Below the pieces are notes generated by a model, which was not told the origin of the DNA, did not search any database, and saw only the letters and a list, made by a program, of their open reading frames with translations. This document shows positions 52,922-61,337 of a stretch of 64,000 nucleotides of DNA, one piece after another; the stretch's first letter is position 1; every line of letters starts with the position of its first letter. The stretch lies in NCBI GenBank assembly GCA_964291415.2, contig OZ219920.1, forward strand, positions 832,001-896,000, written 5' to 3'. The stretch is from Alphaproteobacteria bacterium. Its GTDB lineage: Bacteria > Pseudomonadota > Alphaproteobacteria > SP197. The translations under genes were made by a program, and so were the position numbers.

Positions 52922-53249
52922 CTTTCACCTTCGTCGTTCCCGTGCGGACGGACTGCGGCAGCAGCGTGAGCTTGTCGCGTTCCACCGACAGATGGCGTGT
53001 CAGCGTTGTCGGTTCAGCTTCGAACAAGCGCAGCCCGACAATGGCGGCCACCTCGAAGGCCGCACCGATGGAGGAGCCCATCTCGCCTTTTTCGATGCGG
53101 TGCGCGAGGCCGCGCGAAATCCCGGCGCGTTCGGCGAGATCGGTGACCGTGATGCCGCGTTCGATGCGCGCGTTATGGATCATCAGCCCGAGCAGCTCTG
53201 CGGCTTCGCGAGCATAGCGGGAATAGCTTCTGTGTGCGGGCTTCGCCAT
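52911..53249 (-). CDS. hipB: XRE HTH antitoxin (HipB-like)
   Basis: ARIERGITVTDLAERAGISRG..RIEKG; overlaps the hipA start. Confidence 0.85.
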   Translation of the reverse strand: MAKPAHRSYSRYAREAAELLGLMIHNARIERGITVTDLAERAGISRGLAHRIEKGEMGSSIGAAFEVAAIVGLRLFEAEPTTLTRHLSVERDKLTLLPQSVRTGTTKVKDDF

Positions 53250-53319
53250 TGCTCTTTGCGCTCCATGAATAGATCATGAGAAGGGATCGTGCCCTTCTTA
53301 TAGCGCACTCCAAGAGATT

Positions 53320-53655
53320 TCAAACGAACATGGCGGTTCTTCGGCGAGTGGATAGGCAGAGGGCCGGTGTTCCCTTCGGGTTGGCACGTCCTGGCAGCAG
53401 CTTCATTCGCTCCGGGAGATACGCGGCGGGAAGATCGCCGACATGCCGTTCGTCCTCGCAGTGTGGTTCCCAATCATGGCCGAGCTGGGCCCGTCACAGC
53501 CCGGCGCCTTCAGGCACGTCCCTGATGCGGTTCTTCGAGGTCCGCAGAAGCTCGCCAGGGAACTCGTCGTCCTCGGGCGTTCGAATGTAGCGGCTCTTGC
53601 GCCGTACCCGGCCAGCAAAGTTCCGGTAGCTGTTCCAGGACTTGAATTCGTTCAT
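53320..53655 (-). pseudogene. RES-domain protein pseudogene (not in the ORF track)
   Basis: MNEFKSWNSYRNFAGRVRR..GL*RAQLGHDW..PERMK..GRANPKGTPALCLST..TAM; internal TGA at 53494-53496 and 3' truncation. Confidence 0.7.
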
Positions 53656-53896
53656 GTCGATTCGCCCCGCTGTCCCTTGTGCCTGGTACTCCCACGAGTA
53701 GGGACTTCCTGCTCCGTGCGCCGTGTAGTCGGGGTCCCGCCAAGCAAGTCACAAGCCAACCTCGCCCATACTCATCCACACAGAGCCGGGGAATCAGCCC
53801 ATCCCAGATTGGCCCTCCAGGACGGGTTTCTGTGCAGTTGCACGGTCATCCGGCCCATTTCTGAGCCGGGAAACGGTGCTACGTGAGTGGTTTGAC

Positions 53897-53971
53897 TGGT
53901 GGGCGCGGCTGGGTTCGAACCAGCGACCCCTGCCGTGTGAAGACAGTGCTCTCCCGCTGAGCTACGCGCCC
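53897..53971 (-). tRNA. tRNA-Val(CAC)
   Basis: GGGCGCGTAGCTCAGCGGGAGAGCACTGTCTTCACACGGCAGGGGTCGCTGGTTCGAACCCAGCCGCGCCCACCA. Confidence 0.97.
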
Positions 53972-54052
53972 TCCCGAGAAAGGGTGATACGGCGCGGCCG
54001 AACGGACTGTCAAGGCTGCCCGGAACGCCAGGGGAGAACCCCGGCGAGATGC

Positions 54053-54919
54053 CTATCTCAGCTCCGTGACGGTGGCGACGATGCGCCTGTCGTCGCGAAC
54101 GATGTCGGCGCCGCCGGGTCGCGGAACGACTGCGTAGCAGGCATCGACGACGTGGAGCACCCCCGCCAGGCACAGCATGCCGTCATCATCGATCCGGTAG
54201 GTGCCGGCTTCCTCCGTTCCGAGGGATGCCGCTGCGTCGCCCCGGAGTACCGTGACGGCGTCGCTGCCGGCCGCAAAGGAGGCGCTGTAGAATGGCTCTC
54301 CGAAATGGAAATGCAGTTCACCTGCAAGCGTGCGACCCGGAATGATGGCCTGCAGAACCGCCGGAGACAGCTTCGGATGCCCCTTGGGAACCTGGAAGGC
54401 CTCCATCACCATGTAGCGATTGACAATCTCATCCCGGTGGTTGGTCTGGTACCAGAGATCGCCATCCTGCCAGACACCGAAACAGTCCGTGTCCTGCCCC
54501 CGGGAGAGGCAGATCCCATCCTCGACGATGTCCCAACCACCCGACCAGGTCTGGCCGGTGTCGTTGCGTCCGGAAAATCCGCCGTCATCGGCATAGGCCT
54601 CGTCATACCAGTGGAAAAGCTGCGTTTCCTCGTCGTAGGCATAGCCGAAGCGCCAGGTGCCGTTGTGGACGGTCAGCAGGTCGTCGCCGGTGATGGCCAC
54701 GGCGCGTTCGGGAAGAATCTCGAGATTGCTGTCACCGAAGAGTTCCAGGGACACCGGCCGTGCCACCAGCATGATGATGGTGCCCCCGATCCCCACTGCC
54801 GGGATCAGCAGAGCGCCAAAGATGTGCCACCTTCCCTGCAGGGCACCGCGGATCGACAGCACGAGGCAAGCAATCGAGCAGATTCCGAAGGTGATGAGTA
54901 CGAGTATTCCTATCCACAT
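54053..54919 (-). CDS. hypothetical membrane-anchored protein with two repeated beta domains
   Basis: Two N-terminal TM helices, then repeats G.W/Y.I..DG.lCL..x..C(F/Y).V. Confidence 0.6.
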   Translation of the reverse strand: MWIGILVLITFGICSIACLVLSIRGALQGRWHIFGALLIPAVGIGGTIIMLVARPVSLELFGDSNLEILPERAVAITGDDLLTVHNGTWRFGYAYDEETQLFHWYDEAYADDGGFSGRNDTGQTWSGGWDIVEDGICLSRGQDTDCFGVWQDGDLWYQTNHRDEIVNRYMVMEAFQVPKGHPKLSPAVLQAIIPGRTLAGELHFHFGEPFYSASFAAGSDAVTVLRGDAAASLGTEEAGTYRIDDDGMLCLAGVLHVVDACYAVVPRPGGADIVRDDRRIVATVTELR

Positions 54920-55019
54920 GCCGGTGCCGCCTGTTTGCAGGGTTGTCTGGAACGATCATGCTGTTTCCGGACCCGCATGGCAATGCGCCAGCGTGACGAT
55001 GCATCCGCGTTCATGGGAA

Positions 55020-57026
55020 TCAGCGCGTCAGGGTGACTTCCACGCCGTGGACGCAGGTGCTCTCGCCCATGTCCGACTTGCGGGGAATGTGCAGGTGATT
55101 GACGTTGGCCCCACCGGGTCCGGGCCACCTGCTCTTGTCCGTAAGCAGAACCCCCGATGGCACGCTGTCCGAGACGACGGCGACCATGGTGAGCGAACCG
55201 GCATCATTGGAGAGCCTGACCTCGTCACCGGTGTCGACACCACATGACCGGGCATCATCCGGATGGAGCGTGACCGTCGGTGTGCCGAGAAGTTCACCGA
55301 TGCGCGGATCGTTGCCATAGGAGGAGTTCATCAGCCAGCGGCCGGCGGGACTCAGCAGGCGGAACCGGCCATCCTCGGGTGGCGGATCCGCCACGGCCTC
55401 GGGCACCCGGGGATGACCGTCGGCCTCGGCGCTGGCACTGGCGATCTCGATCTTGCCTGATGGTGTCGCAAACCTGCCCCCGGGCCACAGCACCAGGGGC
55501 TCATTGCTGGCTGCTGCCCAGCCACGCGTCTTCAACTCTTCCCAGGACACACCTGTGCCTTCCAGCACTTCGTCGATCAGTTCGCTGTCGCTGCGGTGGA
55601 GCTCTGCGTCCTCCAGACCCATGGCCCGGGCGAGGCGCCGGAAGATCTCCTGGTTGGGCAGACTCTCACCCATGGGTTCGGCACACCGGACCTGGGCGCC
55701 GAGATGGAGGTGAAAGTAGCTTGCGTTCACGTCGTCGAATTCCAGGAAGGAGGCGGCCGGCAGCACGATATCGGCGTATCGGGATGTATCGGTTTCAAAG
55801 CAGTCGACGACCACCGTGAACAGATCCTCGCGCATCAGCGCCCTGGTGAGCACCTGCTGCGCCGGATTCGAAGCGAGGGGATTGCAGTTCCAGACCATGT
55901 AGGCACGGAAACGATCCGTTGCATCGAGTGCGGCGGGGACGTCCATCTGACTGATGGAGGGGCAGGTCTCCTGGGCCATCGGCCGGGGCGGCGTGGCGCC
56001 CTTGCGTGCCATGATGTCGAGCGTGCTGTTGAGGTAGTAGATGCCGGTACCGGGTTTCGACATGTTGCCTGTCAGCGCGGGAAGCATGGCGCAGGCGCGG
56101 AAGATATTGCCGCCGCGAAACTGGCGCTGCAGTCCCTGGCCGAGCCACAGGAGGGACGGTCCCCTCGCATAGAGGTGGGCGGTCTCCTCGATGAGCTCGA
56201 CAGGGACACCGGTCACGCGGGACGTCGATTCCGGGTCTGCCGCGGCGATCGCGTCCTCGACCTCGTGGTAACCCTCGACGTGGCTGGCGATCCAGGCGTC
56301 GTCGAGCAGGCCATCGCGGCGGGCAACGTGGCAAAGGCCGAAGGCCAGCACCGCATCGCTGCCGGGATTGACCTGCAGATGAATGTCGGCCTCGGAGGCC
56401 GTGCGGTGCCGCACCGGATCAATGACGACAACCTTCGCCCGGCTTTCCTTCAGCCAGTGCTTGTGAGCATGGGGAGCGCTGTGGGCCGGATTGGCGCCCC
56501 AGACGACGATACAGGCGCTGTCCCTGGCCGTTGCGGGATCGAAACCGGTGCCACTTGAGCCGAGGACATAGTGAAGAGCCTGGTGGCCGGCGTTGTTGCA
56601 GATGGAATCGGGTATGGCCTCGGTGGCGCCGATACGGTTGAAGAACCGCTCCGGAAAGGCGTTGGCAAGGGCCGAACAGGTGCCGGTGTAGTGCGTGTGG
56701 AGGATGGATTCGGCGCCGCTCTCGGCGATGATGGCATCAAGGCGTGTTGCAATCGTGCCAAGCGCCTCCTCCCAGCTGACTCGCTCGAAGAGACCCGATC
56801 CCTTCGGTCCGGTCCGACGCAGGGGGTGGAGGAGACGGGAATCTCGGTCGAGCCAGACACCGTTGTAGGCAATGGCGCACTTGCCACACAGAGCGCCCCG
56901 GCTCACCGGATGATCGGGGTCGCCCAGAACCCGCGTGATCTTGCCATGACGCCTGACCACAGCGATGCCGCACCCGTCATAGCAGTCGCGGGGACAACTC
57001 GTGCGAATGATGTCGCGTTCGGTCAT
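55020..57026 (-). CDS. molybdopterin (Mo-bisPGD) oxidoreductase family protein
   Basis: CPRDCYDGC..LCGK 4Fe-4S motif, DSIC (candidate Mo ligand), DTSRYADIVLPA, FATPSGKIE. Confidence 0.92.
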   Translation of the reverse strand: MTERDIIRTSCPRDCYDGCGIAVVRRHGKITRVLGDPDHPVSRGALCGKCAIAYNGVWLDRDSRLLHPLRRTGPKGSGLFERVSWEEALGTIATRLDAIIAESGAESILHTHYTGTCSALANAFPERFFNRIGATEAIPDSICNNAGHQALHYVLGSSGTGFDPATARDSACIVVWGANPAHSAPHAHKHWLKESRAKVVVIDPVRHRTASEADIHLQVNPGSDAVLAFGLCHVARRDGLLDDAWIASHVEGYHEVEDAIAAADPESTSRVTGVPVELIEETAHLYARGPSLLWLGQGLQRQFRGGNIFRACAMLPALTGNMSKPGTGIYYLNSTLDIMARKGATPPRPMAQETCPSISQMDVPAALDATDRFRAYMVWNCNPLASNPAQQVLTRALMREDLFTVVVDCFETDTSRYADIVLPAASFLEFDDVNASYFHLHLGAQVRCAEPMGESLPNQEIFRRLARAMGLEDAELHRSDSELIDEVLEGTGVSWEELKTRGWAAASNEPLVLWPGGRFATPSGKIEIASASAEADGHPRVPEAVADPPPEDGRFRLLSPAGRWLMNSSYGNDPRIGELLGTPTVTLHPDDARSCGVDTGDEVRLSNDAGSLTMVAVVSDSVPSGVLLTDKSRWPGPGGANVNHLHIPRKSDMGESTCVHGVEVTLTR

Positions 57027-57202
57027 GGGCCTCCCATCACATGATCCGCCTCCATCTTCCCCCCTTGTCGCGAACCTGACAAGGCTTTGCCGCGGTCCTG
57101 CAGCCAATCCGCTCCGACGATATTCACTGGTGGCCGGATCGCGTCTTGACGGTGACCGTGTGCGGTGTATCCACTGTCGGCGGAAGATGGAGGAAGCGAA
57201 CC

Positions 57203-58048
57203 TTGACCCGGAACTCCATTGAGGTGCGTCCGCTCGGACCCGTGATCGGCGCCGAGATTCACGGGATCGACCTTGCCGAGGGAATTGAACCCGCTACGTG
57301 TGATCTGATTCACCAGGCACTGCTTGAGCACCTGGTCGTGTTTCTCCCGGATCAGCATATCGGCCCGGCAGAACATCTCGCCCTTGCGCGCTGGTTCGGT
57401 GACGTCGAGCCGCCCCATCCGGTGTTCGGCAATGTGGCGGGACTGCCCGAGGTGACGGTGATCGAGCAGCACGGCGATGGCAGCCTCTACAACGATGTCT
57501 GGCATACCGACGTGACCTTTCGCGAACGACCCGCCATGGCCTCGATCCTGCATTGCCAGGTGACGCCGCCAGGCGGTGGTGGCGACACCCTGTGGTCGAG
57601 CCTCTACGCTGCCTACGACGCGCTGTCGCCGGCGGTTCGCAACATGATCGAGGACCTGACGGCCATCCACGACTACTACATGTCGTTCGGATCCTCGGTT
57701 CTGGCCGGCGAGGGCGGAATCGAGCAACTTGCCCGGGACATCATCGAGTTGCCGCCCGTGGAGCATCCGGTGGTGCGGACACACCCGGAAACCGGAAGGA
57801 AGGGGCTGTTCGTCAACCGTACCTTCACAAAGGAGATCAAAGGGCTCAGCGGAGTCGAGAGCGACTACATCCTCAGAATGCTGTGCGAGTTTGCGGAGCA
57901 CCCCAACTACCAGGTTCGCCGGTCGTGGAAACCCCGTGACCTGGCGATCTGGGACAACCGGTGCACCATGCATCTGGCATCCTCCGACTTTTCGGGACAT
58001 CGCAAGATGCACCGTGTCACGGTCATCGGCGACCGGCCCTTCCACTAG
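57203..58048 (+). CDS. TauD/TfdA family 2-oxoglutarate-dependent dioxygenase
   Basis: WHTDVTF, GGGDTLW, HPVVRTHPETGRK, WDNRCTMH. Confidence 0.93.
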   Translation: MTRNSIEVRPLGPVIGAEIHGIDLAEGIEPATCDLIHQALLEHLVVFLPDQHIGPAEHLALARWFGDVEPPHPVFGNVAGLPEVTVIEQHGDGSLYNDVWHTDVTFRERPAMASILHCQVTPPGGGGDTLWSSLYAAYDALSPAVRNMIEDLTAIHDYYMSFGSSVLAGEGGIEQLARDIIELPPVEHPVVRTHPETGRKGLFVNRTFTKEIKGLSGVESDYILRMLCEFAEHPNYQVRRSWKPRDLAIWDNRCTMHLASSDFSGHRKMHRVTVIGDRPFH

Positions 58049-58071
58049 GTCGTGACACGCGGCAGACATCG

Positions 58072-59727
58072 GTGGTCGAGGTCTTCGATTTCATCATCGT
58101 TGGTGGGGGATCGGCCGGGTCTGTCCTCGCCGCGCGTCTGAGCGAGGAGAGTTCGTGCCGCATCCTTCTCCTCGAGGCTGGTGGCGCGAACCGGGATTTT
58201 CGTGTCGCCATGCCGGCGGCCAACGTGTTCGCCGTCGGCAACCCGCGCTTCGACTGGTGCTACCTGACCGAACCCCAGCCGCATCTCGCCGGCCGCCGGA
58301 TCCACTGGCCCCGGGGGCGCGGGCTCGGGGGTTCGAGCGCCATCAACGGCATGATCTACATACGCGGCAATGCCGCCGACTATGATCGCTGGAGGCAGCT
58401 CGGTCTCGGGGGCTGGGCCTGGGCAGATGTGCTGCCCTACTTTCGCAAGGCGGAAAGCCGGGAGGGTGGCGGCGATCACTGGCGCGGCGAGTCCGGACCC
58501 CTGCTGACCGGACCGGCAGGACGGCCGCTGCCGATCGACCACGCCTTCATCGAAGCCTGCCTGCAGTCGGGATTGCCGGCCAATCCGGACTTCAACGGGG
58601 CAAGCCAGGTTGGTGCCGGCCTGCTCGATGTGACCGTTCGCGATGGCCGGCGCTCCAGCGTCTCGAGATGCTATCTCGGGTCTGCCGGATCCCGGCCAAA
58701 CCTGGAGGTCCGCACGGGATGTCTGGTCACATCCCTGGTGATCGAGGGACATCGCGCCAGAGGTGTGCGCTACCGCCGGCGGTCCGCTGCGGAAGAAGTC
58801 CATGCCTCCCGCGAGGTGATCGTCTGTCAGGGTGCCATCGGTTCGCCACAACTCCTCATGCTGTCGGGCATTGGACCGGCGGACCACCTGCGCCGGCACG
58901 GGATCGAGGTGAGAGTGGAGAGCCCCGGAGTCGGGGAAAACCTGCAGGACCATCTCAACATTCCGGTGCGGTTCCACTGTCGGCGGCCGCGCGAAACCCA
59001 GGCCCGCTGGGCCCGGCCGATGATGGCTCTCATGCTCGGCGCCTCGTGGTTTGCCAGCGGCGGACGGGCGGGGCCGGGGGCCCATCCCTTCTGGTCGGCC
59101 GGCGCCTTTTCCGAAGGTGGCGCGGAAGCGCCCGACCTTCCTCGATTCCAGGTCTTTTTCACACCGATGGTCATCGCTGAAGGTCGGGGTTACGGAACGA
59201 AGACCGCCGTCGACGGTTTCCAGTTCGATGTGAACCAGATGCACCCGCTTTCGCGCGGCCACATCAGGCTCAAGAGCGCCGATCCCGAGGACCACCCCGT
59301 CATCGAACCGAACTATCTTGGCGAAGATGAGGACCGGCGGGACTTCATTGATGCGGTCAGGTGGGCGCGCGACATCGCACGCCAGCCGGCACTGGCTCCC
59401 TATCGCGGAGGCGAAATGGATCCCGGGGAGCATGTCTCGACTGACGACGACATTCTTGCGGCGGTCGCCCGTGGCGCCCTGTCGGGATATCATGCATCGG
59501 GAACCTGCAAGATGGGGGCGCCTGGCGACCCGATGGCGGTTGTCGACGATCAGCTGAAGGTGCGCGGCGTCGATGGCCTCAGGGTGGTCGATGCATCGGT
59601 GATGCCGATTATCGTGACAGGAAACACCAATGCTCCAACGGTCATGATTGCCGAGAAAGCGGCGGACATGATACGAGGCCACACGCCCCTGCCGCGACGC
59701 GAGGCAGCCGCCGAACACGGTCCATGA
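58072..59727 (+). CDS. GMC oxidoreductase (choline dehydrogenase-like)
   Basis: GGGSAG, GRGLGGSSAINGMIYIRG, GENLQDH, GNTNAP. Confidence 0.93.
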   Translation: MVEVFDFIIVGGGSAGSVLAARLSEESSCRILLLEAGGANRDFRVAMPAANVFAVGNPRFDWCYLTEPQPHLAGRRIHWPRGRGLGGSSAINGMIYIRGNAADYDRWRQLGLGGWAWADVLPYFRKAESREGGGDHWRGESGPLLTGPAGRPLPIDHAFIEACLQSGLPANPDFNGASQVGAGLLDVTVRDGRRSSVSRCYLGSAGSRPNLEVRTGCLVTSLVIEGHRARGVRYRRRSAAEEVHASREVIVCQGAIGSPQLLMLSGIGPADHLRRHGIEVRVESPGVGENLQDHLNIPVRFHCRRPRETQARWARPMMALMLGASWFASGGRAGPGAHPFWSAGAFSEGGAEAPDLPRFQVFFTPMVIAEGRGYGTKTAVDGFQFDVNQMHPLSRGHIRLKSADPEDHPVIEPNYLGEDEDRRDFIDAVRWARDIARQPALAPYRGGEMDPGEHVSTDDDILAAVARGALSGYHASGTCKMGAPGDPMAVVDDQLKVRGVDGLRVVDASVMPIIVTGNTNAPTVMIAEKAADMIRGHTPLPRREAAAEHGP

Positions 59728-60572
59728 CGGAAAGCACGCCCTATCTCTTGAGGCCGAATCCCGACGATTCGCGCCTGACGCGTTCGGTGTCCGGCATCGA
59801 CCAGGACGGCAACCGGGTCGATCGGGCCGTGACCGTGGAGACCCCGTTGACGCTGTTTCTCAATGATCAGGAAATCGTCACCATGATGACGATCGGGGAT
59901 TTCCCGGACTACCTGGCCCTGGGTTACCTGCTGAACCAGGGGATGCTGGCCGGAATCGAAGACGTCACCGGAATCGAGCATGACGAAGAGATCGCCACGC
60001 TGGTCGTGCGCACCCGTGGGCAGACCGATTACGAGGAGAAGCTCCGGAAGCGCACACTGACGTCGGGATGTGCGCAGGGAACCGTCTTTGGCGATCTCAT
60101 GGACGAGATCGAGTCCGTCAATCTGGACAGGAACGCGGTGGTTCGCACCGGATGGCTCCATGCGCTCGCAAAGACGATCACGGCGACGCCGAGCCTCTAC
60201 CTCAAGGCCGGCGCCATCCATGGCTGTGTTCTCTGTGAAGGTGACCGTCCGCTGGTCTACATGGAGGATGTCGGCAGGCACAATGCCGTCGACAAGATTG
60301 CCGGCTACATGGCCATCGAGAACATTCCGGCCGCCGGCAAGTTGTTTTACACAACCGGCCGGCTGACCAGCGAGATGGTGATCAAGACGGCACGGATGAA
60401 CATTCCGGTCCTGATTTCCCGTTCGGGGTTCACGGCCTGGGGCGTCGAACTCGCCCGCCAGGTCGACATGACACTCATCGGCCGCCTGCGCGGCAGACGG
60501 TTCATGGTGGCCGCAGGCGCGCATCGTGTGTGCTGGGACGACCCGCCCGTTCCAAGGTCGCAAGAGGAGTGA
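59724..60572 (+). CDS. fdhD: formate dehydrogenase accessory sulfurtransferase
   Basis: TSGCAQG, GAIHGC, EDVGRHNAVDK, TTGRLTSEMV. Confidence 0.93.
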   Translation: MTESTPYLLRPNPDDSRLTRSVSGIDQDGNRVDRAVTVETPLTLFLNDQEIVTMMTIGDFPDYLALGYLLNQGMLAGIEDVTGIEHDEEIATLVVRTRGQTDYEEKLRKRTLTSGCAQGTVFGDLMDEIESVNLDRNAVVRTGWLHALAKTITATPSLYLKAGAIHGCVLCEGDRPLVYMEDVGRHNAVDKIAGYMAIENIPAAGKLFYTTGRLTSEMVIKTARMNIPVLISRSGFTAWGVELARQVDMTLIGRLRGRRFMVAAGAHRVCWDDPPVPRSQEE

Positions 60573-61231
60573 CGGAGGTGTCGGCGTTGCGCAACGACGT
60601 GGCCGGAACGGTGCTCGCCGGCGGGTTGGCGCGACGCATGGGTGGCGGGGACAAGGGCATGCTGGACCTCGGTGGCCGCAGCATTCTCGATCACGTGATC
60701 GCCCGCTTGCGCCCACAGGTGCGCATGGTGGCGCTCAACGTCAATGATGACGCCTCGCGCTTCGACTCGTCCGTCATCTCGCTGGCGCCCGACATGCTGC
60801 CGGGACGCCCCGGTCCACTTGCCGGTGTGCTGGCCGGACTCGACTGGACCTTTGCCAACGTGCCGGGCCTGCACTGGATCGTCACCGTGCCCACGGACAC
60901 GCCGTTCCTGCCCGTCGACCTTGTCGAGAGGCTTTTTGCGGCGGTGAAGACTTCAGGCGCCGACATGGCCTGTGCTGCGTCCGCCGGCAGGCGCCACCCT
61001 GTCGTTGGCCTGTGGCCCGTCCACCTGCGGAACGAACTGCGCCAGGCATTGATCATGGAGGGCGTGCGCAAGATCGACGCCTGGACCGGCCGTTACCGGG
61101 TGGCCGAGGCGTCGTTCAGCGACCATCCGGTGGACCCCTTCTTCAACATCAACAATCCGGACGATCTTGCCACGGCCAGGACTCTCCTGATGCGCCTGGA
61201 ATGCCATCAGCCCGAAGTGGCAGCGCCCTGA
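60569..61231 (+). CDS. mobA: molybdenum cofactor guanylyltransferase
   Basis: LAGGLARRMGGGDK, GPLAG, PTDTPFLP, FFNIN. Confidence 0.94.
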   Translation: MTEVSALRNDVAGTVLAGGLARRMGGGDKGMLDLGGRSILDHVIARLRPQVRMVALNVNDDASRFDSSVISLAPDMLPGRPGPLAGVLAGLDWTFANVPGLHWIVTVPTDTPFLPVDLVERLFAAVKTSGADMACAASAGRRHPVVGLWPVHLRNELRQALIMEGVRKIDAWTGRYRVAEASFSDHPVDPFFNINNPDDLATARTLLMRLECHQPEVAAP

Positions 61232-61337
61232 CAGCACGCGCCGCCTCCGGCCCGGTGGGCGATGATCGAGTGCCCGGGGTTGGCAAGACCGGGTGATTTT
61301 GGCACACAGCAGACCGCTGTCGCAGGAGTGTCGCGCC

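Larger units (their letters stand above)
50858..53944. mobile_element. 3-kb integrative islet in tRNA-Val (defective)
   Basis: Flanking 48-bp direct repeats, integrase remnant, hipBA and a RES pseudogene. Confidence 0.88.

Noticed and set aside
53494-53496. In-frame TGA in the RES-like frame as a second selenocysteine
   Set aside because: It occupies an expected Trp position (LWRAQ), has no Cys/redox context or evident SECIS, and the gene has other lesions
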